Positions 10,001 through 22,723 of a stretch of 64,000 bases of DNA are shown one piece after another. The stretch's first letter is position 1; each line of letters starts with the position of its first letter. The notes beneath the pieces were generated by a model. The model made no database searches. It had not been told where the DNA came from and was given only the letters and a program-made list of their open reading frames with translations. A program made the translations under genes and the position numbers. Source of the stretch: Pseudobdellovibrionaceae bacterium (lineage in GTDB: Bacteria > Bdellovibrionota > Bdellovibrionia > Bdellovibrionales > JAMPXM01); contig JAJTYM010000008.1 of assembly GCA_021463345.1 (NCBI GenBank), positions 22,468 to 86,467 of the forward strand, written 5' to 3'.

Positions 10001-10147
10001 CGAGACGTTCAGAACCGGGAAGTTCACGTCCGGCATCTGGCTGATGCCCATGCGGTTCAGCCCGATCGCGCCGAACACGATCATGGCGAACATCAGGATC
10101 CAAGCGAAAACGGGCCGGGCGATCGATAGGTCTATGAGTCCGCGCAT
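7079..10147 (-). CDS. RND efflux transporter permease (AcrB/HAE1-like)
   Basis: 1022 aa with a 12-TM RND architecture. The N-terminus is IARPVFAWILMFAMIVFG.., there are two large periplasmic loops, and conserved TM4/TM10 regions are present (DDAIMLLENI.., GIAKKNSILLVEF). Confidence 0.95.
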   Translation of the reverse strand: MRGLIDLSIARPVFAWILMFAMIVFGAIGLNRMGISQMPDVNFPVLNVSIAYEGAAPEVVEAELVDPVEERLLAIEGIKEMRSSASQGAARVTLEFDINRNVDVALQEVQSALSQLRLPPGVDPPVIRKQNPEEDPILIVSIFSKDGLREMLNWTDSYLLDQLRFLPGIGEVSIGGFSERNLRVWLKPDKLEARYLTVLDVVEALRTQHIETAAGQFSEGARELRVRWLGEATEVDQVKNIQILRRGGQMINDQVIRVSDVADVEDGLSDIRRMARFEGREAIAIQVRKQRGTNEVEVAKAVREKLAAISDRFPEGYGYRINVDFTRPTESTVKLTLEKLVTAAIITIVICFLFLGSIQAAVNILFSIPTSIVGTFIILHFSGFTLNLFTLLALTLAVSIVVDDAIMLLENIVRHYRMGKKPKVAAADGAKEILPAATAATLAVIAVFLPVIFMEGVIGKFFFQFGVTLSAAVMLSLLEAVTITPMRAAAFLSTSPNIGKFELWLDHAFERIAARYRRLLDFTLRWKWIVVIVSMALFAVSLLLTRAVRQEFVPAQDQDFVIIQAQAPTGSSLEYTEKVSLRIEEILRSVPEIENFVVSIGAGGPNAQVNQIFIPAALKPKAERAASHTDIMNRLRGQFREIKGTRVTMRDISARNLSAGRSQPVAISLRGPELSVLNEKAETLMKRLTDEGLAVDLDTDYRTGIPELVLTPNRRALADRNITVESAGQTIAAAVGGLRQGRYTSSGQRYDIRFKVPDDRIRSAKDIQRLYVRNSVGNLVPLSVLTVAKEDAASQSINRVNRQRAVSVNGNLAPGQSQARVLARAQEIAREILPVGYSVALEGGAAGFAQAFASLYNALLIGIVVAYMILAVQFNSFIHPIPVLIALPFSVSGAFLALWAYGVSLNLFSFIGLIVLMGIAKKNSILLVEFTNHVRENERLEPRQALLKACPVRLRPIVMTSVATIAAAIPLVTGSALGSEARMPMGLTIIGGTIVSTLLTLVVVPALYLLLTRLERSNRDHA

Positions 10148-10428
10148 ATCCGGACATTAAAGCAATACCGGCGAGTTTTTGTCGAGTTCAAGAGCCGTGG
10201 AAAAGGCACGATCCGAGCCGCGCGTCGACGACTGCCAGTCATTTCATCGCGAGATCGCAGGCGTTCGGGATGATCCTCCTCGTCGAGGCGTTCGACACGC
10301 CGTAGTCCGAGTCGTTGCGGCCCGAATCGTCGGCGGATCGAGGGAGCCGATGCGTCGAAGTCCCAACGGGCGGATTGGAGCCGGCGGAACGGCTCTCCCG
10401 CCGTCATCCGCCGGCGGTGGGCGGGGCT

Positions 10429-11193
10429 TTACATCGGCTCGCGCAGGCGCGGCCAATACAGACGGAGAACGGCGAGGGCGGCGACCAAGTGTTTGACCGA
10501 GTGTCCGCTGATGGTCGTCGCCGTCGCTTCGTAAACCGAGCGGTCGGCCGATTCGAAGACTTTGGCCACGATGTAGAGCCCTAGGGCGGTGAGGAGGGCG
10601 ACGTTCGCGATTTCCCCTTTGGGTTTGGCGACGGCGAGGCCGAGGACGAAAACGAGCCCTCCGTATTGGAGGAGGTAATACGGCCGCAGGTCGCCATGAC
10701 CGAGCCGCCACGCGACGAGCGATCCCGTCGAGATCAGCGCGAGCGCGAGCATCGCCCACCAGCCAGCGCGGTTGTCGATGCGGTCGGCGATGGCGAGTCC
10801 CAGCAGCGCGCTGAACCCCACGGCCATCGGCAAGCGGTCCCAGAAAATCGAGGCGATGCTCGGGCTCAAGTGGAACCAGGAGGAGCCGAGCGCGGTCATG
10901 AACGTCGCCGCTGCGAGCACGAGTCCGAAGGGCGCGAGTTTTCCTGGCCACTGTCCCGAGCGGCGCACGCGCAGCCAGCCGACGGCGCCGACGAAGATGA
11001 AGGCCGCGTTGGTGGCGACATCCATGAAGTTGGCCATTCCCCAGAACGCGCGGGCGTCGGCGAATGCGTAGTACTCGGGCCGGTCGGCCGTCGGCATGCG
11101 GTTCCAGGCGACGAGGAACGCGGCCGTCGCCGCGAGCGCTCCGAATGCGCCCAGCGCCCGCGGGAATTTGCGCGTTTTGACGATCTGGCTCAT
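10429..11193 (-). CDS. Multi-pass membrane protein, ceramidase-like (alkaline phytoceramidase-type) family
   Basis: About 7 TM segments. Motifs are YYAFADARAFWGMANFMDVATN, WDRLPM and SGHSVKHLVAA. The family assignment is from memory of motifs only. Confidence 0.5.
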   Translation of the reverse strand: MSQIVKTRKFPRALGAFGALAATAAFLVAWNRMPTADRPEYYAFADARAFWGMANFMDVATNAAFIFVGAVGWLRVRRSGQWPGKLAPFGLVLAAATFMTALGSSWFHLSPSIASIFWDRLPMAVGFSALLGLAIADRIDNRAGWWAMLALALISTGSLVAWRLGHGDLRPYYLLQYGGLVFVLGLAVAKPKGEIANVALLTALGLYIVAKVFESADRSVYEATATTISGHSVKHLVAALAVLRLYWPRLREPM

Positions 11194-11238
11194 GGCGGGT
11201 GTTCCCTTTTCCTCGGCGCTGCCGTACACTGCCGACCC

Positions 11239-12876
<1,638 letters not shown>

Positions 12877-12963
12877 GTCGCCCGTCTTCGGATCGCGGTC
12901 GCTCGGGAGGCCGCGATCCGGCCGGTATCGAGTCGACATCGAAGGGCCGATGCCGAAGGTTCT

Positions 12964-13365
12964 TCAGGGACTTTCCGTGCAGACGAGTTCAGCGATCGTA
13001 CGCGGTCCCGCGAAGGTCACTTCTTCGAGGCGCGCGTTCACCCGGCCTTCGCAGTCCATCGCCTTCGCCTTGACGCTGAAGCCGTGATCGACCATGTCCG
13101 GTTCGCGGCACGCGAGCGTATCGGAGCCCGGCGCGGTCGTGAGCGGATCCGTATCGATCCGCGCGCAGGAGAGCGCCGTCACTTCGGTCGCGCCGGCCAT
13201 GGTGATTTTCCTGACGGAGGCGCTGGTGCGATCGGCCGAGATCACGACCGTGTACGCGTTGTCGACCGTCGTGGGGTCGACGCAGTTCGTGTCGGCGCCG
13301 GCGGTGACGCTGAGAGCGGTCGCGGCGAAGAATAGAAAGTGCGTCGTTTTCACTTTCGATTTCAT
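12964..13365 (-). CDS. Small secreted cysteine-containing protein, function unknown
   Basis: 133 aa. The signal peptide is MKSKVKTTHFLFFAATALSVTAGA, an SD (AAAGGA) lies 8 nt upstream, GC3 is high, and the mature part has 5 Cys. Confidence 0.6.
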   Translation of the reverse strand: MKSKVKTTHFLFFAATALSVTAGADTNCVDPTTVDNAYTVVISADRTSASVRKITMAGATEVTALSCARIDTDPLTTAPGSDTLACREPDMVDHGFSVKAKAMDCEGRVNARLEEVTFAGPRTIAELVCTESP

Positions 13366-13481
13366 TTTCGATCCTTTCGTGAATGGGGGCGCTGGAAGGG
13401 CGCGCCGGGTTTTCCAAGCCCGTCGCGCGTTCGTTCCGGACCACGGGCGGGTGGTCCGTTGAGTCGTTCGGCTGGAGTTGA

Positions 13482-14501
13482 TCAGCGGGCCACGATCGGG
13501 CGGCGTTCCATGATTTTACCGCTGTCCGCGTACCAGCAGGCGGGGCGCGCGCCGAGGGTGTTCATGAGCGCCTCGCGACGGCTCGTTTGACGTTCCTGAC
13601 CGGCGCTCAAGTTGCAAGCGCCTTTTTTAGGGTCTTTGTCGTCGAAGTCCTGATCGTGACCGACCGGGCAGACTGCGCCGCCGAAGTACGTATCGAGGCG
13701 GCACTGCGCCGGCGGATGCCCTTGCATCGTGCTCTTCACTTTTGAAGTATCGGGTGTGTTGAAATCCGGTTCCGATGAGCCGCCGACGCTGGCGAGCAAA
13801 CGAGCGAGCGCTTTGCCACCCAGCGCGCTGCGGACGCAGATGGCGAACTGCTGCTTGCTCGCGCCCTGTCCGGCTTTGCAGCGTTCGGCGACGAGAGGGT
13901 CGATGTCGTTCTCATCGTACAGGCGGCGCAACGATTCCCAGTTGTCGATTTTCTCGAGGACTTTGCGCATGCATTTCGCCGAAGCGAAGTAGTCCGATTG
14001 ACCTTCTACCGACGCCCAATCCGTACCGCCGTATTTAGGCGCGCCGGCGAGGTGGTGGCCGAGCTCGTGGCAGAGGACCATCGCGAACCCGTCCGGGGTG
14101 GCCTCAGGGTGGCGCGCCAGGCCTCCGAACATGGCGACGCGCCAGGTATCGCCGCTGCGGACCGCGTAGGCGTTCACGGTGTTGTCTTTCCACTTGCGCT
14201 CGATGACGAGGTTGCCCCCTTTGGATTGGACGATCGGAGCGTACACTTTTTCGACTTGGTCGATGATTTTGTTGAACATCTGCTCGCTGATGCCCTGAGC
14301 CGCGAAGCCTTGGGCGAAGCGCATGTTGTTCGGCGGGATCATCGTGCAGCGGTTCTTGCCGTCATGTCCGTGAAGGGCGTGGCGATCGGCGACTCCCGTC
14401 GTCGGCGTCAGCGAAGTGGCGACGAGAACCGCGCCTGCCGCCAGCGCGAAGCGAACGGGTTGTTGAACGGATTGAGCGACCTTTTGCCTGGATTTCAGCA
14501 T
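13482..14501 (-). CDS. Secreted zinc metallopeptidase (MA-clan, HExxH)
   Basis: 339 aa with an N-terminal signal/anchor segment. The motif is VLCHELGHHLAG followed by a downstream EGQSDYFA (a Glu third ligand, gluzincin-like). Confidence 0.65.
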   Translation of the reverse strand: MLKSRQKVAQSVQQPVRFALAAGAVLVATSLTPTTGVADRHALHGHDGKNRCTMIPPNNMRFAQGFAAQGISEQMFNKIIDQVEKVYAPIVQSKGGNLVIERKWKDNTVNAYAVRSGDTWRVAMFGGLARHPEATPDGFAMVLCHELGHHLAGAPKYGGTDWASVEGQSDYFASAKCMRKVLEKIDNWESLRRLYDENDIDPLVAERCKAGQGASKQQFAICVRSALGGKALARLLASVGGSSEPDFNTPDTSKVKSTMQGHPPAQCRLDTYFGGAVCPVGHDQDFDDKDPKKGACNLSAGQERQTSRREALMNTLGARPACWYADSGKIMERRPIVAR

Positions 14502-14700
14502 TTTCCCCCCCGGAAAAGTTGAGTCTGAAGCTTTTGTCGGTGGACAGCTGAGGCTTTGGTCGAGTTTTGGTCAACTTGAAAACGCGCGATGAGCGAACTT
14601 TTACTCGCATTGACGCGTTCCGCGTGAGGACGAAGCACTGCGCATGAAGATGTCCTTATACAGAGTCAAAGTTTGGCTAATGCGGGACACGCCGTTGGCC

Positions 14701-14731
14701 ATAAAAAACGGCGCCGTTTCGGGCGCCGTTT
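14701..14731 (-). terminator. Intrinsic terminator downstream of the S8 protease gene
   Basis: The minus-strand RNA reads AACGGCGCC-cgaaac-GGCGCCGTT followed by a U-run. It lies about 47 nt after the stop at 14778. Confidence 0.65.
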
Positions 14732-14777
14732 CGCGAGATTTCAAGGCGTGCGGACCACGCCGTTCTTGGGAAACGAA

Positions 14778-16166
14778 TCAGCGCCGCATCGCCGGTTTCA
14801 GCGCGCGAAGGGCGTCGATACGGCCCATGCCGAAGTCGTTGTCATGGCCTTTGGCGCCGAGGTCCGTCGTCGATTTCATCAACAGAGCGGCGACGTCGTT
14901 CACCACCAGATTCGGCTTCGCTTGGAACAGCAGCGCGGCGAGGCCCGCCGTGTGCGGCGTCGCCATCGATGTTCCCGACCAAGTGGCGTACTTGCCCCCG
15001 GGAACCGAGGACGTCACGGCGACACCCGGCGCGCTGACGTCGGGCTTGATGATCTCGCCGGTCTTCCATTTCGCCGGGCCGCGCGAGCTGAAGCCGGCGA
15101 CGCCGTCTTTCGAGTCGGTCGCGCCGACGGCGAGAGCTCCAGGGCATCCGGCTGGGGTCGAGACCGTGCCGGCTTGCGGGCCGGAGTTGCCGTTGGCGAA
15201 AATCGGAAGGATGCCGAGCTTCACCCAGCCGTCGACGGCTTTGCAGAACACGTCGTCTTTGGGATCATCGGTCGGGCTCGGAGCGCCTCCACCCCACGAG
15301 TTGCTGATCGCCACGGGATGATCTTTGGTGCTCAGGTTTTCGTCGGGATCGGCCATCCACTGCATGCCCTGCAGAATGGTCGCCGTCGTCGAGGTGCCTT
15401 TCGCAGTGAAGATCTTGCCCGAAAGGATCATCGCTTTGGGGGCGACGCCGATCTCGGTGCGGGAAGCGCTGCCGCCGGCGATCGTGCCGGAGACGTGCGT
15501 GCCGTGACCGTGGTCGTCGTACGGTTGCTGCTTTTTGCCGACGAAGTCGCGGAACGCCTTCATGCGACCGCGGAGGTCCGGATGGTCCGCGTCGATACCC
15601 GTGTCGAGCACGCCGATGGTCACGCCCTCGCCCGTCACTTGCGGGAATTCTTCGCGCACGGCGGGGATATTGAGCTTCTCAAGGCCGTAGGTGTACTTGC
15701 TGGCGAGCGTGCGCGGATCGACCGGCATGCGGCTCACGGGTTGGATCAGCTTGGCTTCGCGGTCGGCGTGAAGCGCTTTGAGCCGCGGCAGCTGTAGGAG
15801 GTGGTTGAGGCCGCCCGAGTTCATGCGGATGATCATCGCGTTGGCGATCCACAGCGGTTTGACGTTCTGTATCGCCGCGAATTCCTGGCCCCGTCGCTCA
15901 CGCAGAGCGCGAATCGCGGGCGCCTGCGACTCCATCGCGTTGCGCTCGAGGTGCTTGCGGGCCGCGCGGTAGGTGAGCGCGGAAGGACGGAACTCAGGCG
16001 TCGGCAACGTATCTTCGAACGTCGCGATCACCGTGATCTGCCGTCGCGCTTCCGGGCGGCTCATGTAGGCTTTGAGCTCCGGATCGACGTGCACGCCGGC
16101 GGCGTTCGCCTCCGGCAGGATCGCGAAGGCCGCGATCGCGGATAACAATGTCTTCTTCATGTTCAT
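14778..16166 (-). CDS. Secreted subtilisin-like serine protease (peptidase S8) with I9-type propeptide
   Basis: The catalytic triad contexts are VLDTGIDADHPDL, HGTHVSGTIAG and GTSMATPHTAG. The signal peptide is MNMKKTLLSAIAAFAILPEANA, and a strong SD (AAGGGGGGGA) is present. Confidence 0.9.
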   Translation of the reverse strand: MNMKKTLLSAIAAFAILPEANAAGVHVDPELKAYMSRPEARRQITVIATFEDTLPTPEFRPSALTYRAARKHLERNAMESQAPAIRALRERRGQEFAAIQNVKPLWIANAMIIRMNSGGLNHLLQLPRLKALHADREAKLIQPVSRMPVDPRTLASKYTYGLEKLNIPAVREEFPQVTGEGVTIGVLDTGIDADHPDLRGRMKAFRDFVGKKQQPYDDHGHGTHVSGTIAGGSASRTEIGVAPKAMILSGKIFTAKGTSTTATILQGMQWMADPDENLSTKDHPVAISNSWGGGAPSPTDDPKDDVFCKAVDGWVKLGILPIFANGNSGPQAGTVSTPAGCPGALAVGATDSKDGVAGFSSRGPAKWKTGEIIKPDVSAPGVAVTSSVPGGKYATWSGTSMATPHTAGLAALLFQAKPNLVVNDVAALLMKSTTDLGAKGHDNDFGMGRIDALRALKPAMRR

Positions 16167-16407
16167 GATGATTCCCCCCCTTTTAAGGAAACGTTTCGTG
16201 TTTTCCCGGCACAAGGCTTCATCGGGATAGGGGGGCTTGGCAAGCGAGAAACAAGCGGCGGCCCGCGTCGTCCGACGAAGGCGGAAGGCTTCGCCGGTGG
16301 CGGGCGGAAGAAATCCGCCCGCAAAGCATGAGGCGCTCGTCGGCTCCGCCGCAAAACCGAACGCGATCCAACGAAAGTGATCGAACGAAGACGTGAGAGC
16401 GAAAGCG

Positions 16408-16680
16408 TTAGAGCCGTTGGATCAAGTGGTAGCCGAATTGCGTTCGGACAGGAGCCGAAACTTCGGTCGGGCGGAGAGCGAAAGCGGCGGTTTCGAAAGC
16501 CTCCACCATGCGGCCGCGGCCGAACGTTCCGAGATCGCCGCCGCGCGCTTTGGACGGGCAGAGCGAAAACGCCTTGGCGAGTTCACCGAAGTCCGCTCCG
16601 TCCTGGAGCTTGCGCATCAGGTCCTGGGCTTCGTATTCGTGGGTCACCAAGATGTGACGAGCGTGGATCTGATCCGGCAT
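16408..16680 (-). CDS. ppiC: Parvulin-type peptidyl-prolyl isomerase (PpiC-like); a longer form starting at 16788 would add an N-terminal TM anchor
   Basis: The sequence is IHARHILV...A..L...L..GADFGELAK.FS.CPS...GGDLG.F.RG.MV..FE..AF....G..S.PV.T.FGYHLI. GGAGG lies 6 nt upstream of the ATG at 16680. Confidence 0.85.
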   Translation of the reverse strand: MPDQIHARHILVTHEYEAQDLMRKLQDGADFGELAKAFSLCPSKARGGDLGTFGRGRMVEAFETAAFALRPTEVSAPVRTQFGYHLIQRL

Positions 16681-16892
16681 TCCGCCTCCAAGCAACAAAG
16701 TGAAGATGAGGAAAACAGTGGCGACAGCGCAAGGCTTCGGGCGAAGATGGCCGTTCCGCGCGTGCCGTCCTCGCTTTTGTAGATCCATTCACATTTTGAA
16801 TACAACCTCGATATTTCCTCCCGGGTCTATTATTTTTTTGCGGCACGCGGCCACGGATTTTCGTAAGGGAGGGGGATAGCGAAGGGAGGGGC

Positions 16893-17045
16893 ATGGTGTT
16901 GAGACGTGAGATCGATGCGCGCAAAGCCGTCGGGCTCGGCATGGCTGTTTCGGATGCCGTCGTTTCGGATATCGCCTCGGGAGTCATTTCGACCGGAGGT
17001 TCGGTCGAGAGGGCGCCGTGCTTCGACGGAGTGGGTCACCCATAG
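16893..17045 (+). CDS. Hypothetical 50-aa small ORF upstream of the hybrid kinase (speculative)
   Basis: The ATG is preceded by a tandem purine motif, AAGGGAGGGGG...GAAGGGAGGGG. The ORF has moderate GC3 and ends 38 nt before the kinase start. It is below the ORF-track size cutoff and I recognise no homology. Confidence 0.2.
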   Translation: MVLRREIDARKAVGLGMAVSDAVVSDIASGVISTGGSVERAPCFDGVGHP

Positions 17046-17082
17046 TTCTAGTTCAGTCTTTAGAGACGACGGCGGATTCCTC

Positions 17083-19098
17083 ATGACAGAGATTTGGATC
17101 ATGATCATCGGGTTTCTCGGCGCTGCCGGCGGTTACGCTGTTCGCGATCTGCTCGCGCGCGGTGAGACGCGTTGGCGCAAAGGGGGCATCGAACTGGTCG
17201 ATCACATCCCGCAGCTCGTTTGGGTGTCCGATGCCTCGGGGCGGGTGGAGTATTTCAACCGACGCTGGACCGAGTACGCCGGTATCGAGTCGCGGGAAGA
17301 CCTCGGTCGCGCCTGGAGGACCCTGGTGCATCCCGATGATCTTCCCGGGTTGCGCACGGAAAGCGATCGCACGTCGCGCGAGGGGGTCGCTTACGAGCAC
17401 CGCTGCCGCATGCGGGGGAAAGACGGCCGCTACCGCTGGTTCATCATCAAGTCGCATCCCGGGAAGGACGCCGCCGGCCGGGTGAAACGCTGGTTCGGCA
17501 CGTGCATCGACATCCATGACCTGATCGCGGCGGAATCCGAATTGAAGCTCAGCCGCGACCGCCTGCAGATGGCGCTCGCGGCCGGAAAGATGGCGGCTTG
17601 GGAGACCGACCTCGCCACCGGCGAGGTCGCGCGCACGGAGAGTCACGACCAGCTGTACGGTTATGACCAGCGACAGGCGCGTTGGACGTTCCATGACTTC
17701 ATTTCCGCTCTGCACGAGGAGGATCGCGAGAGGGTGGTCGAGCGGATCCAGCGCGCGCGGGGGATGGACGGGAAAGACATGTTCGCCGACGAGTTCAGGA
17801 TCCGTTGGCCCGACGGGAGCGTGCACTGGCTCGCGTCGCGCGCGCAGTACCGGCGGGATCGGGACGGGAACGCGGCCTCCGTGGGGGGCATTTTGGTCGA
17901 CATCACGGACATCAAGCGCGCCGAGGCGAGCCTCGAAGCCGCCAAAGTCGCCGCTGAAGCCGCGTCGAGTGCCAAAAGCCAGTTCCTCGCCAATGTCAGC
18001 CACGAATTGCGGACGCCGCTGGGGGCGATACTCGGTTTCCAGCGGATGTTGAGGGACGCGACGATATCCGGGGACGAGCGTCACCAATACCTGGAGATCA
18101 TCGAGCGCAACGGAACCGCGTTGATGCAATTGATCGACGACCTGCTCGATCACTCGCGCTTGGAGGCGAAGAGCTTGTCGATCGAAAAGATAGCCTTCGA
18201 ACTCAATGAGCTCATCGACGACGTCATGCAGGTCGGCGGCCTCAAGGCCGAGGAGAAAGGCGTCCTGCTGCGGCTCACGCGCGACCCGGCGGTCCCGGGG
18301 AGGATCACCAGCGATCCGACGCGGTTCCGGCAGGTTCTGGGCAACCTCGTGGTCAACGCCGTCAAGTTCACCGAGCGCGGCGAGGTCCACGTCGCCGTCG
18401 GCGCCCGGGACGGGGCGGCGCTCGTGTTCGACATTCGCGACACCGGCATCGGCATCTCGCCCAACGAACGGCAGGCGTTGTTCGCTCCGTTTCAGCAAGG
18501 GGACGCGGGCACGACCCGCCGGTTCGGCGGCACCGGCCTGGGGCTCGCGCTCTCACGGGATCTGGCCCGCGCCATGGGCGGCGACGTGGAGCTCATTTCC
18601 AGCGAGAAGAACCGCGGGACCTGGTTCCGCATCACCCTGCCGTTGGAGATCCCGGACGAGGCGGCGGTGACCGCGAGGTCGGCCAAACCCGTGCGCGAGG
18701 CCGCGCGTTTGGACGGCCTGCGCGTGTTGATCGTCGATGACTCAGCCGACAACCAACTCCTGATGAAACGCATGCTCGACCGGGCGGGGGCGGTCGTCGC
18801 CGTCGCGGGCAACGGCCTGGAGGCGCTCCGCGCGGCGGAAGGCGTGGATTACGACGTGGTCCTCATGGACATGCAGATGCCCGTGCTCGATGGGCTGACG
18901 GCCACCCGCCGTCTCCGGGAGAGCGGGTTTCGGCGGCCGATCGTCGCGCTGACCGCCCACGCGCTCCGCGAAGAACGCGAGAAATGCCTCGCCGCGGGCT
19001 GTGACGATCACGTGTCGAAACCCGTCGACTTCGGGCGCCTCAATGAACTGCTGCTCTCGTTCTCGAATCGCTCGCAATCGACGCGCGCGCACGTGTGA
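17083..19098 (+). CDS. Hybrid sensor histidine kinase / response regulator with PAS domains
   Basis: An N-terminal TM segment is followed by two PAS-like regions, HisKA (FLANVSHELRTPL), HATPase_c (GTGLGLALSRDLARAMGG) and a C-terminal REC domain (LIVDDSADN...MDMQMPVLDG...KP). Confidence 0.9.
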   Translation: MTEIWIMIIGFLGAAGGYAVRDLLARGETRWRKGGIELVDHIPQLVWVSDASGRVEYFNRRWTEYAGIESREDLGRAWRTLVHPDDLPGLRTESDRTSREGVAYEHRCRMRGKDGRYRWFIIKSHPGKDAAGRVKRWFGTCIDIHDLIAAESELKLSRDRLQMALAAGKMAAWETDLATGEVARTESHDQLYGYDQRQARWTFHDFISALHEEDRERVVERIQRARGMDGKDMFADEFRIRWPDGSVHWLASRAQYRRDRDGNAASVGGILVDITDIKRAEASLEAAKVAAEAASSAKSQFLANVSHELRTPLGAILGFQRMLRDATISGDERHQYLEIIERNGTALMQLIDDLLDHSRLEAKSLSIEKIAFELNELIDDVMQVGGLKAEEKGVLLRLTRDPAVPGRITSDPTRFRQVLGNLVVNAVKFTERGEVHVAVGARDGAALVFDIRDTGIGISPNERQALFAPFQQGDAGTTRRFGGTGLGLALSRDLARAMGGDVELISSEKNRGTWFRITLPLEIPDEAAVTARSAKPVREAARLDGLRVLIVDDSADNQLLMKRMLDRAGAVVAVAGNGLEALRAAEGVDYDVVLMDMQMPVLDGLTATRRLRESGFRRPIVALTAHALREEREKCLAAGCDDHVSKPVDFGRLNELLLSFSNRSQSTRAHV

Positions 19099-19113
19099 AG
19101 CTTTCCGGGCGGC

Positions 19114-21471
<2,358 letters not shown>

Positions 21472-21475
<4 letters not shown>

Positions 21476-22644
21476 GCGCGCCCCGCCAGGACGGCGCTGG
21501 CGGCGTCCAGCGCCGCTCCGAGCCGATGTTCGTCGAGTGACGGAGCCGGTCCGCAGGCCATGAGCGCGCGGCCGAGGGCATCGATCATGGTGAGCTCGTC
21601 CTCGTCGCGGATATCGCCCATGTGGCCGATACGGACGATCTTGCCTTTGAGCCGGTCTTGGCCGCCCATCACGGTCACTCGGTAGGTTTTTTCCATTTCG
21701 CTTCTGAGCGCCTGACCGTCGACGCTCGAGGGAAGGGCGAGCGCGCTCAGGGAGGGCGACGGTTGGGGAGCGAAACCCCGCAGGCCTAGTTCCCGCGCGG
21801 CGGCCCGGGTGGCGAGCGCCAGCCGCGCGATGCGCGCATGGACGGCGTCCATGCCTTGCCGCGCGAAGCGTTCGAGCACGACGTCGAGCGCTTTGATGAG
21901 CGGCACGTTCGAGCTGAAGAGCGTTTCCCCGTTCGAGTTGGCGTCGCGCTCGGCGCGGATGTCGAAATAAAACCGCGGGCATCTCGCGCGTTCGACCCTT
22001 TCCCAGGCGCGCGCCGAAAACGCGACGAACGCCAGGCCGGTCGGCAGCATGAACGCTTTCTGCGAGCCGCCGACGAGCGCGTCGACGCCCCACTCGTCCA
22101 TCGGCAACGGCATCGCGCCCAGAGCCGTGATGCCGTCGACGAGCAAAAGGGCTTCGGACGAGCGTGTGACCGCGGCGATCTCGCGGATCGGATGGAGCGC
22201 GCCCGTGCTCGTTTCGCAAGCTTGCGTCAGGACGATCCGCGTCCCCGGGCGTTCCCGCAGGCCGCGCTCGATCTGCTCGGGCCGGACCGAATGGCCCCAT
22301 TCGATCTCGAGCCGATGGACGCGCGCGCCGTACGCTTCGGCCATTTCGGCCCAGCGTTCGCCGAACTTGCCGGAGACCACGGCGAGGACTTCGTCGCCCG
22401 GAGAGAGAACGTTGACCAGCGCGGATTCCATCCCGCCGCTCCCGGTCGACGTGTGCATGAAAACGTTCTGTCCCGTCGCGAAAACGTCCTTCAAGCGGGC
22501 CATGACGCGTTGGAAGACGGCCCTGAATTCCGGCGTGCGGTGATGTTCCATCGGTTCCGCCAACGTATTGAGCACGTCCGGCGGCACGGGGACGGGCCCT
22601 GGCGTCATGAGCGTGTAGGCGGATTTTGGCGATCGGTCCATCAT
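21472..22644 (-). CDS. Class V aminotransferase (SerC-like / serine-glyoxylate type)
   Basis: The sequence is YTLMTPGPVPVPPDVL...HRTPEF...SGGMESALVN...GSQKAFMLPTGLAF (PLP-Lys context). Its stop overlaps the GTG of the downstream dehydrogenase (GTGA). Confidence 0.85.
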
Positions 22645-22723
22645 GCTTCGATTTTTAGCGAACTTCAGCGGCTCGGGCAAGGTGAGCGCCCTTGAAAAGG
22701 CGATGAACCGCCGGTAGTCTCTG

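Noticed and set aside
6929-10129. A 1066-aa + strand ORF almost coextensive with the RND permease gene.
   Set aside because: It is exactly antisense to a gene with unmistakable AcrB homology. Its translation is R/D/E/G/H/A-rich low-complexity sequence with no motifs. Stop-free antisense frames are expected when the sense strand has strong GC3 bias.
10132-10407. A 91-aa minus-strand ORF in the gap upstream of the RND gene, considered as a possible tiny adaptor or regulator.
   Set aside because: It is Arg-rich low-complexity sequence, overlaps the permease start, has no SD, and has no resemblance to MFP or TetR proteins.
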